NCBI GenBank assembly: GCA_010909165.1
Contig: VJWM01000025.1
Span: 1,550,001-1,614,000 of the forward strand
Source: Anthoceros angustus
Taxonomy: Eukaryota; Plantae; Anthocerotophyta
Direction: 5' to 3'
Length of the DNA: 64,000 nucleotides
The notes under the pieces were generated by a model. It saw nothing but the letters and a program-made list of their open reading frames with translations. It searched no databases and was not told where the DNA came from. Below are positions 29,401 through 45,347 of the stretch, piece after piece. Each line of letters starts with the position of its first letter. The stretch's first letter is position 1. The position numbers were made by a program, and so were the translations under genes.

Positions 29401-29909
29401 CATGTCAGCCCAGACAACAACTCAAGATCATTATACCGATTTACCATCATATCGGAGTTGGACGACAGGTCCAACTCTCGGAGGCTTCCCAGACCACTCA
29501 ACTGGTAGAGTGCGGTACCTACCGACAGGGAGCAAGCGGAGAAGTCGAGGCTGAGCACAGCGGACTCCGAATCGCACAGCACCCGAATCCAACCACACGG
29601 CGTATCGTCGCTAGCGTTCCAGCTCCTGAAGTCGGCCTCACACTCCCCTAGAAACCCCTGGTTTTCTTCCGTAAAATTCAACAGGACCTGTCCATCGCGG
29701 GAGAGCTCAGCACCGACGTTGCTTCCGAATCGGCATAGGAGCAAACTGCACATCATGAGTGCCACGCATATCCCCAAGCTAAGGCTCGCACCACCCCCGC
29801 CAAAACTGCGATCCACAAGCCGCCCTACCCTAACCTGCAGTGCAGAGGCCTTCATCACTATGTGCAAATCGACACTAACAACACCTTCTCCTGTGGCGAG
29901 CAACGACAC
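26450..29909 (-). CDS. LRR receptor-like kinase copy 2
   Basis: 549-aa ORF 28260-29909 (signal peptide + LRRs), 27345-28223 (LRR, TM, kinase I-II), 27026-27382 and 26450-26977 (kinase C-lobe, ends TEMQHL*). Confidence 0.88.
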
Positions 29910-30289
29910 GTTGATGCCACCCGCTCCCTCACGCAGCTCCTGAAATGAAAACTGAAGAGTGAAAACGGACGACGCAACCTCGGCTTCAAGGTGGAGACCC
30001 GTGCCTCATGAAGAGCATATCCTGAGTGTGAGCAGGCAGGCCTTGCAAGTCGTAGTCGTAGGCTGGAAACCCACGAAAGTCTTGACGTCACCAGGAATTG
30101 TTGAGGACTGTCAGATTCCCCGTCCATGACCACGGTGAAGCACTTGAATCCATAAACAAAGACTGGAATGTGAGGCGCACGAAATTCGCTGCCGAAGAAA
30201 TTGATTTCAAATTGAATGTGGACCCGGAGCAGTGAATTTTAAGCACACGAAGGAGCCTGGTATCAGCAGCCTGCACATGCCTGTGTCTC

Positions 30290-30309
30290 ATGTGGCTTTC
30301 ACATCCAAG
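30290..30309 (-). promoter_or_regulatory. Solitary inverted copy of the 30-bp repeat core (CTTGGATGTGAAAGCCACAT) upstream of LRR-RLK copy 2; regulatory role unproven
   Basis: ATGTGGCTTTCACATCCAAG is the reverse complement of the repeat core; degenerate versions at ~15970 and ~45260. Confidence 0.4.
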
Positions 30310-30890
30310 ACGACAAGCTCAAGTGTGCGCAGTGAGCTTGTCCTCTTCCTTCTTCCTAAAACTTTTCAACAAGTTTTCCAGTATCTTTCTACGAGCGCTT
30401 CCTTGCAGCAAGGTTGTCGTTGTTGCAGGTGCTGCGTATTTCATCTAATCCGTGTCCAATGCTTCATCTTCATATTCCCATGCTTCACGCGCACAATATA
30501 TATAAGGTTTCAATGCGTGTTGCCGTGCAGCCTTTTGACTTCAGGTCATTTTCCTGCGGCTCTTGCATAATCTCTGGCACTTCCACGACATCGATCGTCC
30601 GGCTCCCCTGTGTTTTCTCTCTACTGTAGTATGGAGTTTTTCTCCATCAGCAAATGGCGCACCAGGGACGAATGACGTCCTCCATGGTGCGCGATGATGC
30701 AGGGCAGCAGGCCTTTCACGCGTTGTGTTGTCATGCTACTCGGGTGCAGACCTCGGTCATGACCAACGCCTGCACCCGGCCTCAACACGGCCTGCACATG
30801 TCAGTACAGGCAAACGGCGATATGGAAGGCGCAAACAACGGCGATATGTAAGGCGCAGTGCGAGGAGACAAGTTGAGGCCAGAAAACTAA

Positions 30891-32482
30891 GGGTGGATTC
30901 ACACTATAACCGGTCTTGACTGACCCGTCAGTGCCGCTTCACGGCCTTGTTTTAAGCGGTGACCCGTTCGACCTCCCTTGGCATTCACAGATCACCGGTG
31001 GTATTGGCGAGTGGTCAGCACGAGTTTAGGATAGAGTTTACCTGTTTCATGAAAATTATTTAAATTATTACCGTATCTGAGGGGCGATTCGGTGTTAATT
31101 AATTAAAGTTGAAAATTCAGAAATTATTATACTTAAAATATTGAATGTATAAAAATTAATGAGTTTAAGATGCCAAAACCAAGGGAATTAGATTTTGTGT
31201 GAAAAATTAGGGTTTTTTTAGGGGAGGTCTATATATCCATTAGTTCTATATAGATACCTATGTATTTTAATAAATGTTAAATTTTGATAAAATTATTTTT
31301 TATAAATATAGAAATTTTGAGAAATATAAATATTTATGTTGAACCTTAGTGTTTTTCAAAAAATAATTATCTCGGCATTATCCTGTTGAACCACCCCTCG
31401 AGGTACGGTATTCTATTTTTCTCCCCCAAAACTTTTTTCACGTTGTATATCCCGTTGTACATGTGTCATTTACAGGCACTTCATCATGCACTTCGGCTTT
31501 TGCTTTCTTCTTGTGCGAGTCGGTCAAGCGCCTTCTTCTTATGCACGTTGGGTTTGAGCGCCTGCCCTTTTAGGGTTGTGGTGTGGAGCGGATTGGAATA
31601 GAGCTTGGTGCAAATTATCATGGCACACAATGATGAGGTGTATTTTTTTAAAAAAATATTTTTATTAAAGTATATTATTCAGGTATTGATATTTTTAATT
31701 TATTGGTCTATGTAGGCACTTAATGACACCATACTTTTAGGTTTAGCAATATTGTGTGTTATGGAGATCATATCCTCCACCCATATGAGAATGATGATAG
31801 GAGTTGCTGCAGCAATGATTCAATTAAAGCAGAGACGTAAAAGAGACACCATGCGGAATACACGAAGTCAATGGGCTGTGGAAAGGAGCCATATATTTGG
31901 AGACCAATTACTATCGACAGGCGAAAGGCATGAAACTAGGAGCAGGTATGAAGCTAGGAGGAGGCATGGAACTTGAAGATGGCAATGGCAATCCAAGATG
32001 AGGAAGCAGCTCACTTGTGGCAGAGAAGTTAGGTTGCCTTCCAATAGCAACATCTCGACCAAGATAGGAGAGGAGAGACTCAGACAAGGATCGAGCCCAG
32101 TGGTCTATCAAGAGACTAGAGGGTGCGATGGAAGCCTCTTCTCAATCTGCAAAAAGCGGCAATGGAAGAGTTTGGAACATGCAACCATGGAAGGGAAGCC
32201 CGCAAGGCTTCACACGGAAATTCAACTCGACATTTGGAAGGGAGTGAAGAGACGGGGAAGTGTGTTGATTAAAGATGTATGATTTGCATAATTATGGATC
32301 ATAGTAACTTAAAAAGGCGCACGCAATTAGTTCATAAGGCTCACCACAGGGTATGTCAGTTCGTACCTACCTTCACTCCTAGGTACAAGCTGACACCATT
32401 TTTTCGATCGACCGGCTTGACAATGTGAATGGACGGCCATCTCCTTGACCATTAGTATGCCTTGGGGTTTCGACTTACCACC
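30891..32482. mobile_element. PIF/Harbinger-like remnant copy 3, right TIR deleted
   Basis: TAA|GGGTGGATTCAC at 30888-30902; same right-end deletion as copy 2. Confidence 0.45.
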
Positions 32483-32975
32483 CTTCACGCAAGTATTCTT
32501 CGTCCATGTCACATACTATTAGGTGATTACCTCCAATTGCTTCTTCATGTTCCCCACTTCCTACTTCTTCATGTTCCCAAGTTCCTGCTTCCTGCCTCCA
32601 TGCACGCTAGTTCATGAAGTCTGTAAGTTGTGGAAACTCTCACCGTTGGTTCCTTGTCCCAACCAATGTTGCTACCTTGTCCCATCTAATACCGCATAGT
32701 GCTCTCACCGCTGCTTGAAGGAGCTTGATTATGATGAGGATCTCGTGATGTCTCCAATGACAATTGTATCTTTTGAACATATACGAAGCTTGAGAGACTT
32801 GATATCCGGTTACCTCTGCTTGCTGGGCCAATTGTAAATTTAGGTGTGTCTAGAATGGGGCCACCTATTATGTTGGGCGCAAGGCTTGATGTGGCTCTCA
32901 GCCACCGCTCGGCCAATTGTAAATTTAGGTGTGTCTAGAATGGGGCCACCAATTATGTTGGGCGTAGTGGGCTTG

Positions 32976-33288
32976 GATGTGAGCCACATCAAACACTGCA
33001 TCGATGTGAAAGCCACATCAAGCACTTGCTTCGATGTGAAAGCCATACCCAAGCGCTTGCTTCGATGTGAAAGCCATACTGAGCACTTGCTTCGATGTGA
33101 AAGCAACATCAAACATTGCTTCAATGTGGCCTTTGCTTGGTTGTGAAAGCCACATCAAACATTTGCTTCGATTTGAAAGACACATCAAACACTTGCTTCC
33201 ATGTGAAAGCCACATCAAACACTTGCTTGGATGTGAAAGCCACACTAAACACTTAGCTTTCGATGTGAAATCCACATCAAATACTTCC
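32976..33288. repeat. 30-bp minisatellite, ~10 units (copy 3)
   Basis: Direct observation. Confidence 0.95.
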
Positions 33289-33500
33289 ACAAAAGGACGG
33301 TCACAAAAGGAAAAAGACGGTCACAAAAAGAAAAAGATGGTCACGAAAAGAAAAAGAAGGAAAAAGGACGGTCACCAAAGGAAAAAGGACGGTCACAAAA
33401 GGAAAAAGACGGTCACAAAAAGAAAAAGATGGTCACAAAAAAAACAAAAAGGTTACAAAAGAAAAAAGGACGGTCACCAAAGGAAAAAGGACGACAAAAG
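33289..33500. repeat. ~20-21-bp GACGGTCAC minisatellite (copy 3)
   Basis: Direct observation. Confidence 0.9.
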
Positions 33501-33846
33501 GGCATTGCCTTGACAACCACATTTACCTGTCCCCTAGCCGCAACGAGCAACATGCGGCGCGCGCCGCGGATGCACACTGGTCGGGTGTGGATACATACTA
33601 TGGACCATGGTGGCTTTTATGGACATGGGGTACGACGTGTACGCCCCTACGCGCCGGAGCATTATCAAAGAGGCTTCGGAGATTCGTTGATGAGATGCAT
33701 CCAGACTCAGACCACCTTGACAAACCCCATGCTGAACGTACCCTATGGCATGGAGGATTCCGGCAGTGTACGGTTGAACCATGTCAGCAGAACCATTCGC
33801 TGACCTGTGGGGATGCTAGCTCAGGATGACTCCCGCAGATGTAGCA

Positions 33847-34954
33847 TGTGGTTCTCCGGAAGAACAAAATCCATTCACAAAATGGTGGACACGGTGAGCA
33901 TCTCTCATCTCCTATTTTTCGATCCGCTACAGGACTTTGATTCCATAAGCCCGTAATGCCAATGCCAGCTTCTCAGAATGGCCACTTCACGCATCTTCCT
34001 CAGATACGCGCTTTAGCACCAATTGCGTGTGTGGCACATGGCCTCCATCGTCCTTGCAACACACAATTCAAGCTGCTTAGCTTCAAGGACATGTCGTCCC
34101 TGTCTTCTCCCACAGCGAATGTGTGCACCTGGCTGTTCACCTCAATCCACGCCCATGCAGCCTTCTTGAATGGACCTGAACTCTTTCCCAGGTTCTCTAC
34201 CCTCTCTACATCCCTCCACATGCCAGCATCTGTGTACACATTTCCAAGTAGCACATATGCTGCTGCATTTTTAGGTTCAAGTTTTATAAGTTGCTCAAAG
34301 CATCGACCCTCACGCTCAGGATCTCCATGGCTTTTGCCCGCATTCAGCAAGGCTTTCCACCTCACAACATCATTCTCAAAGGGCATGGAGTACAACAACT
34401 TCCCTGCCTCATCCAGACGCCCCGGCTCGCCCAAGGATGTTATCCACGCAAGCGCAGTGATAAACCCCAGATGAGATCCCGCCATGCTCCTGCACCATGC
34501 GTTCAAAATACTGCTGACCCTCATCCACCAGTCCAGCGTGTCTGCATGCCACAGGAAGAGCGTGCATAAAGAGTCCAAGCTTCTTCACCAAGCCCTGGCT
34601 GAACAAATCCTATGATCATGGTATTCCACGTCACCAAACTAGTTTCTGGCAGGCAGTCTGTCCAACACCCTGCAACAATCCTCTAAGCTACCACATTCTG
34701 CGAACATGCCCACCACATTGGTACCAACAACCAAATCAGCTTCTAGACCTATTTCTTGTGGCTGAAAATTGGGCTCCCTCCCCCCCTGTAGGTCACCCAA
34801 GCCAGCACATGCATTCAGGAGGCAAACAAACGTGAAACTATCAGCAGGCATCCTCTAGGACAGCTCCTCAACGAAATGGCCTCCAGTTGCATACATCTGG
34901 AAAGCCCAAGAGCTTCTGTGCCGAACCCTTGGTGTGCATGCCCTGCAATCAAGC
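33847..34954 (-). pseudogene. PPR-E-DYW:KP remnant (copy 3)
   Basis: ORF 34000-34578 (E, E+). A shifted frame continues KDDGGHVPHTQLVLKRVSEEDA*SGHSEKLALA...RDAHRVHHFVNGFCSSGEP. Confidence 0.82.
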
Positions 34955-36205
34955 CATACCCCACTGGGTCTGGCTCCAACAGCGGCTGAGACTTTATGAA
35001 GCTGTGAGGAAATCGGTGGTGCGTTTCGATGGGGTATTGGTGGCGTTCTCCAGGCCATCCTAGCTGTTCGAGTCCATTTTGCGAGGGGGCAGCAGCTGGG
35101 GCTCTACTCAGGTTCCAAGCTCTATCCCGCATTGGCGTCCGTATACCCTCATGAATGGGGGTTGCTGCGAGAAAAAGAGTATCAGACCATGATCATACAA
35201 AGGCAAGGCTATGTCAACACAACGAGATTGATCATCACACTCACCTGATGGATCTACATGGGAGAGTCATGAAGGAGCCTGGGTGCATGGGAGTTCTGGA
35301 AGGGTGCGTAGGTATTTCACCACCAAGTCCATATCTACAGGATTCCCTACAAGGAAATGGCAGAGGGTTTATAAATACGCTTCTAACAAGAGATCCTTCC
35401 AAGCTACCGACTTGAGTCTGTCACGGTAGCACAGACCTGAAGGAGCTCGAAGCCATCGGCGTGTCACCAATGTCTGAGAGTTCATCTCTCCGCACTGCCA
35501 CACGATCAGATGCAGGCTCAGACACAACATCCCAGATAGACAGCACCTCAGAAGCCGGCAGTTCAGAGTTGTGAACAATTGTTTGGACAAACACACACAA
35601 GGAGGACACGAGGCATAACTGTACCCTCCTCCATTTGAGACTCTAGGTCAAATCGAACAGCGGTGTTTGTACATCCTTTACACGGCCTCGGTAACCTTTG
35701 GACCGCCCCAATCTTATTTTGACTGTCCTCCCCAAGTAGCCCCTCATCTCTTAGGGCGTGGCCCCCATTTTGGCCACCATAACCTCCTCCAAACCCTGCA
35801 GTCAAGTTTATCTCAGCAAGGTTGGTCTACCTACGAAATACTGCCATCTTCTCCAGATTTCTGGGATTTCTGCACAGCAAAAGTTGGGACCACATTGGTG
35901 TCCACACTCTTCAGAGAGACCATCTTGTAGAGGCAACTATCCTTGAAAGTCATCCCATTGAAAACATGAAGGAGTTCTCTCGTCGCTACGTCACGCCTAT
36001 AGTCAACAGGGATTCTCATGTTTCTGTACAGCAGCAAAGGTTTGCATGAGGTTCGTACAACAGCTTGAACCTGCTGCACCAACGAGTGACCAAGAGACAT
36101 GCAGGAAGAGAGTGGGATGGCCCCCTTGAGCTCCTCAACGTTCAAGAACCGTGGAGCTGGTCTCAAAGTCTTGTTTTTGTCCCTGTCATCTCTATCACCC
36201 TGCAC
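34954..36205 (-). pseudogene. SPT5: SPT5 fragment (copy 3) with the same deletion as copy 2
   Basis: ORF 35831-36205; junction TACGAAATACTGCC at ~35835. Confidence 0.85.
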
Positions 36206-36721
36206 GTCAATTGACGGAACCCCACTTTCAGTGAAAGATGGTTATGTACCATGATATGTGGTACATGAGCTAGGCGCTCAGCCCGCTTTCAGTGAGCTGT
36301 TTGAGCTCACAATAGTTTGCTCGGGTCCGGACGTACCGGTACAACCATCCAAAACGAAAACACGAGCACCATGTCTGCATGAGCCGTTCTGCAAAGACGT
36401 CTATGGATCCGGTAGCATTGCTGGCAGGATGAAACGTGAGAAGCACTTTTCGGTACAAGTTTTTCTTTGACACCACTTCACCAGCACCTCAATTGAAAGA
36501 CTCCAAGGGGCGGCGGCAGTCAGCTATGTACATACCTCTAACCATATAGCTATGAACATACCTCTGACACATCGGGGGGATCTAAAGTAGTGCCACGTAG
36601 GGGACCAAGACACATTGTACACACCATTATGATCATATTCGCTGTCTGCATGATGCGGGCTGTTGTTGCAATCCATCAGTCCATCATGAGTCAACAGCGG
36701 TTGGCCACTAGAATGTTGGAA

Positions 36722-40059
<3,338 letters not shown>

Positions 40060-40145
40060 GTTGATGCCACCCGCTCCCTCACGCAGCTCCTGAAATGAAA
40101 ACTGAGGACTGAAGGCGGACGACGCAACCTCGGCTTCAAGGTGGA

Positions 40146-40328
40146 TGTGAAAGTTATTACTTTGTGAAGCTCGTTACTCTGAATCGGTTTCATGCTAAGG
40201 GACACATTGTGAACAGACACGCCTCTTCGTTGTACAGACTTGTTAAATGCCTTTCACAGGCTCATAAACACACATGCTTTGCTTTTCTCTCCTCGTGTAT
40301 GTGTGTCTGGTCTGATCGCTTTGGTTCA
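40146..40328 (+). repeat. Copia 5' LTR (TG...CA)
   Basis: TGTGAAAG...TTGGTTCA followed by the PBS. Confidence 0.95.
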
Positions 40329-43300
40329 TGGTATCAGAGCATGGACAAACTGGACAGACTCTGACTCTGTGCCAGTAACATAAGATTTCAATGGATAGAT
40401 CACAAAATTCTGTCCGGAATGTTCTGAGAAATTCAGACATTCTTCTCAACATAGAAAATGGAAATTCAGACATTCTGATCAACATTGATCATAAACCTCC
40501 ACACTGAAACATCTTGGTAATCTAGCCCAATGGGTACTCAAACACAGCCCGTTTCTAGAGCATATCAGATTGATAAGCTCACCAGTGTCAATTATCACAC
40601 ATGGGCTGCCAGGCTAGAAATGCTCTTATTAAGAAATTCACTATGGTCTGTAGTATCAGGCTCAAGCACAGCCAGCAGCAGGTCATGCTGACCTACCGCT
40701 TGGCAACTCAAAGATGCACAAGCCCGCTCCGACATACTCCTGCATGTAGGAGACAGATTAATTCCCATAATCAAGAGACTAACAACGTCCAAAGAGATGT
40801 GGGACAAATTAAAATCTACCTATGTAGAAAGCAGCATGGCCTTTAAGTTGCACGCCCAGAACAATTATCATCCCTAAAATTAGCGAAGGAACTCAGTCCT
40901 AGATTTTCTCGAGGCATGGCAAGGGTCTTTAGATTCTTGCATATCCTCGTGTCTAACACTAGATGATGAAACACAAGTGATGCACCTTTTGAGAGCATTA
41001 CCTCCTTCGTGGGAAACTTCATCACTTCACAGACCAGTAGTGTAACAAATAATACATTAACCTTAACTACACTCATCAGCAGGATCATGCATGAGGCTAG
41101 GTGAGACAAGGTAACTCTATTCCGACTGGAAATTCTACCTCGCTCTCTTTGCAAGTGGTAGGAAACTGGAATCAAACTAGTAAACCCTCTTCTTCTACTT
41201 GGAGGAACTCACGTCCTCCTCCTAATAATCCTGCGCATAAGAACAAGACATGTCACTATTGTCAAAAACTAGGTCACATAGCACCGAATGTAGGAAAAGA
41301 AAGCGGGACAAAGCGAGGATTCACAACCCTAATTCAGCACCAGCCTCGATTAACCGCACAAGGACAAGACCCTTCCTACGTCTTCACCGCCTGCTGGAAA
41401 CTTGGATTCTAAACATCCTTCTCAAGACTGGCTCCTTGACAAAGGAGCAACAGGCACATGTCACCTAGGAGGGATTGGTTTTCCGATACCTCTTTGCTCC
41501 TCAACTGTCTACATGGGAGATAGCTCTCACACATGGTCATGGTAAGGGAGTGGTAAAAGTGCAGCTTCAAAATCATGTAGCCTTCATAAAAGGCGTCACC
41601 TGCGTTCTGACACACAACTTGTCGATTGCAAGCTACTAGATCTCCAAACAGCAAGATTACCTTCACACATAAAGGTTGTCGATCTCCTTTAGACTCGCCT
41701 CCGGCTTAGTGCAATTATTTTATCCTCAAAGTGGCAAGTTGTTTTATGTGGCTTGGGCATCTGCCCGAGTCACTAGGTTCAACAACCACCACACAGTTTA
41801 GTAACTACGGATGCTACAACTACCTTATGGCACTTACGCTTAGCGCACTTACATCTGCGGGGCATGCGTGAATGTCCACACAAAATCTGGTTTTAGGGTT
41901 ACCTCCTAAGTTAGGAGCTTTACCTCTATGTCCCGTGTCGTAGGCAAGCATGCCACCACCCTTATCCAAGATCCCATACCAACATCCGTGTCCTTGAGTT
42001 GGTACATGCGACCTTTGCGGACCGATGCAGGCAACTTTGTCGAGCAAATTATATATGTTTGTCTTGATGATTTCGATCCTTTGGACACCTTTATTTCCTC
42101 AAACACAAACCCGAGGCATTTCCTGTTCAAGACATTCCAAGCTTATGCGGAGAACCACACGGACGGAAGATCAAGATTTTCTCGACAATGCGAACTTACC
42201 ACACCACTTTTGAGGGACATCTCCTCTCACACGGGATCCAACACCAAGATCGTGCCATACTCACACCAACAATTGGGAAAGGCCGCCATCGCTCCATAAT
42301 GGACGGTGTCCGCAGCTCTACACTGCTAGCCTCCCAATTATCTGTGGGCGGGCTGCTGCGTGCTATGTTCAAAATCGTTGTGGCACTTCCACGATTGAAG
42401 ACAAGACACCTTATGAAATCGCGGAAGAAACCGACCGCCCACCTTCGGATTTTTGGTGCTTACAAATATGTTCCTCAAATCCAAGAAATTGGACCTCGAT
42501 CCATCCCACTTATCTTTGTCGGATATGGAGAAGACGGTGTGAAAGGTTACCGGCTTTACAATCGCCACAACATGATTTCGTTAGCGAGAATGTCATTTTG
42601 ATGAAGCTTCCATCAATGCTCCTCCTCGAGATTCTTCACCGCAGCCATGATGCCACCACTACCTCCTGTTACCACCTATGTGGGCGGCGTTTTCAACCGC
42701 CTCCCATTCGGTCCCCTACCCCACCCAATCCCTTCAGCCCTGCGGTCCCTCCGGCGCTCCTTTACCACCCCTTCCCCCTCCGATCCCGGTGGTTTTACAA
42801 TCCAGATCACCTCACGAGAATAGGACCAGATCGATGTTCCCGAGCATGATGGATTTCAGGACGGATCCTAATGTTGCGAGCGAAGGCCTTCCATCTTGAC
42901 AACACAACGACGTTCTACCAGTCAAACAGAGGGATTCCAAGTGTAAAATTTCACGATCTCTCCTTTGACAAATCACAAGGCCTTTACGCACATGCTCTAT
43001 TTAGTCGACATTGTTCCTTAAGAAGCACTAGGACCGATCCGATGTTCTGAGCATGATGGATTTCAAGGACCAGATCCTAATGTTGCGAGCCTGACTTCCA
43101 TCTTGACAACACAATACGACGCTCTACCAGTCAAACAGAGGGATTCCAAGTGTAAAATTTCACGATCTCTCCTTTGACAAATCACAAGGCCTTTCTGCAC
43201 ATGCTCTATTTAGTGCTGACATTGTTCCTGTTAAAGAAGCACTAGCAGGACCCGAATCCAACTCCTGGAAACAGGCCATGGACAGTGAATATCAATCTGG

Positions 43301-44805
43301 TTTCTAACAATACATGGACCTTGGTTGATCCACCGAAAGACAAAAACATCGTGGGAAGCAAATGGGTCTTGAGAAAGAAGCACAATGCAGATGGCTCTCG
43401 CGAGTTCAAGGCCGGACTCGTGGCAAGAGGATTCACACAAAGAGTGGAGTCGACTACTCGAATCCAGATCTTCAGCCCGGTAGTTAAGCTCACCTCGCCG
43501 TGTGATGATAGCCCTAGCTGCTTTATATGGTCTCTCCATACATCGCTAGATGTGGAGACCGCGTTTCTTCATGGAATTTTAAGAGAAGAAATCTATGTTC
43601 AACGACCTCCGGATATGAAGTAAAGGCCAAGAGTCCAAGGTGTGCCTTCTTGAAGACACTCTATGGGTGAGCGATCTCAGGAGGGTATGGTACGAGCATC
43701 TACTTGTATTTACTCAGCACGGGTTATGTTAAAAGTCTGGACTCTAGCGTCTTCACAAGACATAGGGGACAACAGATGCTTATGATGGGTCTCTATGTAG
43801 ATGACCTCATCATGGTTTCAAATGATGAACAGTATTTAGCGGAGTGCAAATCTGCTCTTCGGAAAGAGTTCAAAATGACTGATAATGGGAGTATGTCATA
43901 CTGTCTTGGTATTCAGGTTGTTCAGAATCCGTCTAATCATACTATTACCTTGCATCAGGGAACATATGTTTCTAACTTACTGACCAAGTATGAAATGTCT
44001 AGCTGCAAACCTGTAGACACACCCATGCAAACAGGTCCAAGACTAAGTAAGACTATGTCACCTCAAGTAGCTGAGGAAGCTGCTGAGATGCAATCAGTTC
44101 CGTATGCAGGCGTAGTAGGCAGTAGTGTTCAGCATTTAGCTCAATACACTAGACCAGATATAGCGTGTCCTAATGGCCACGTTTCCCAGTTCCTGTCCAA
44201 TCCTGGAAAGTTACATTGGGTAGCAGCTAAAAGAATCCTTAGATATCTTCAGCGCACGAGAACCCGTGGAATTCAGTACAAAGGAGGTCCTGATGCTGCA
44301 ACCAAGCTTATAGGTTGGACTGATGCAGATTATGCAGGCGATCCGGACTCTAGAAAATCCACAAGTGGTTATGTGTTCATGCTTGCAGGGGCCTGTGAGC
44401 TGGAAGTCAAAGAAACAAACCTCGATTGCACGAGTTCAGCTGAATCTGAATACATTGCTGCTGCCTCAGCCGCCAAGGAAGGACTATGGATTGTTCAGCT
44501 CCTTGAGACCTAGGTTACCCACAAGATGGCCCTTTGAAATTAATGTGTGATAACAGCTACCATAGCTCTCTCAAGAGATCTGAGGTTTCATGAGCGATCA
44601 AAACACATAGAAGTCGAGATATCACTTCCTTCGTCTCAAGGTGGACTTAGGAGCGCTAGTGTTGACGTACGTATCCACGAAGACCAGCTAGCCGACATTC
44701 TCACCAAGCCTTTGGGAAGATTAAACATGAGAGCTTTTGTGCAAGATTGGGGCTTGTTGATTTTGTGATGCCGATGTTTCAGATCATCTCGCTTCAAGGG
44801 GGGTG

Positions 44806-44982
44806 TGTGAAAGTTATTACTTTGTGAAGCTCGTTACTGAATCGGTTTCATGCTAAGGACACATTGTGAACAGACACGCCTCTTCGTTATGCACTTGTTA
44901 AATGCCTTTCACAGCTCATAAACACACATGCTTTGCTTTTCTCTCCTCGTGTATGTGTGTCTGGTCTGATCGCTTTGGTTCG
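44806..44982 (+). repeat. Copia 3' LTR
   Basis: Direct repeat of the 5' LTR after the PPT. Confidence 0.93.
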
Positions 44983-45347
44983 GTGGAGACCCGTGACTCA
45001 TGAAGAGCATATCCCGAGTGTGAGCAGGCCTTCCAAGTCGTAGTCGTAGGCTGAAACCCATGAAAGTCTTGAGCGTCACGAATTGTTGAGGGCTGTCGAT
45101 TCCCGTCCATGACCACGGTGAAGCACTTGAATCCATAAACAAAGGCGGAATGTGAGGCGCACGAAATTCAAGAAATTGATTTCAAATTGAATGTGGACGG
45201 GCGGTGAATTTTAAGCACACGAAGGAGCTGGTATCAAGAGCTGCACATGCACATGTCTCATGTGGCTTTACATCCAAGGCGACAAGCTCAAGTGTGCGTG
45301 AGCTTGTCCTCTTCCTTCTTCCTAAAACTTTTCTTCAAGTTTTCCGA

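Larger units (their letters stand above)
16586..30890. repeat. Tandem segmental unit, copy 2 (~14.3 kb including CRE insertion)
   Basis: Same module order as copy 1. Confidence 0.92.
40146..44982 (+). mobile_element. Full-length Ty1/Copia LTR retrotransposon
   Basis: LTRs 40146-40328 and 44806-44982; PBS TGGTATCAGAGC 40329-40340; PPT AAGGGGGG 44796-44803; TSD GTGGA both sides. Gag knuckle CHYCQKLGH, RT (WTLVDPPKDKNIVGSKWV, YVDDLI) and RNase H (TDADYAGD). Confidence 0.95.

Noticed and set aside
30258-30270. PBS-like TGGTATCAGCAGC upstream of the receptor (also ~15938, ~45229)
   Set aside because: Imperfect match, with no adjacent LTR or gag-pol.
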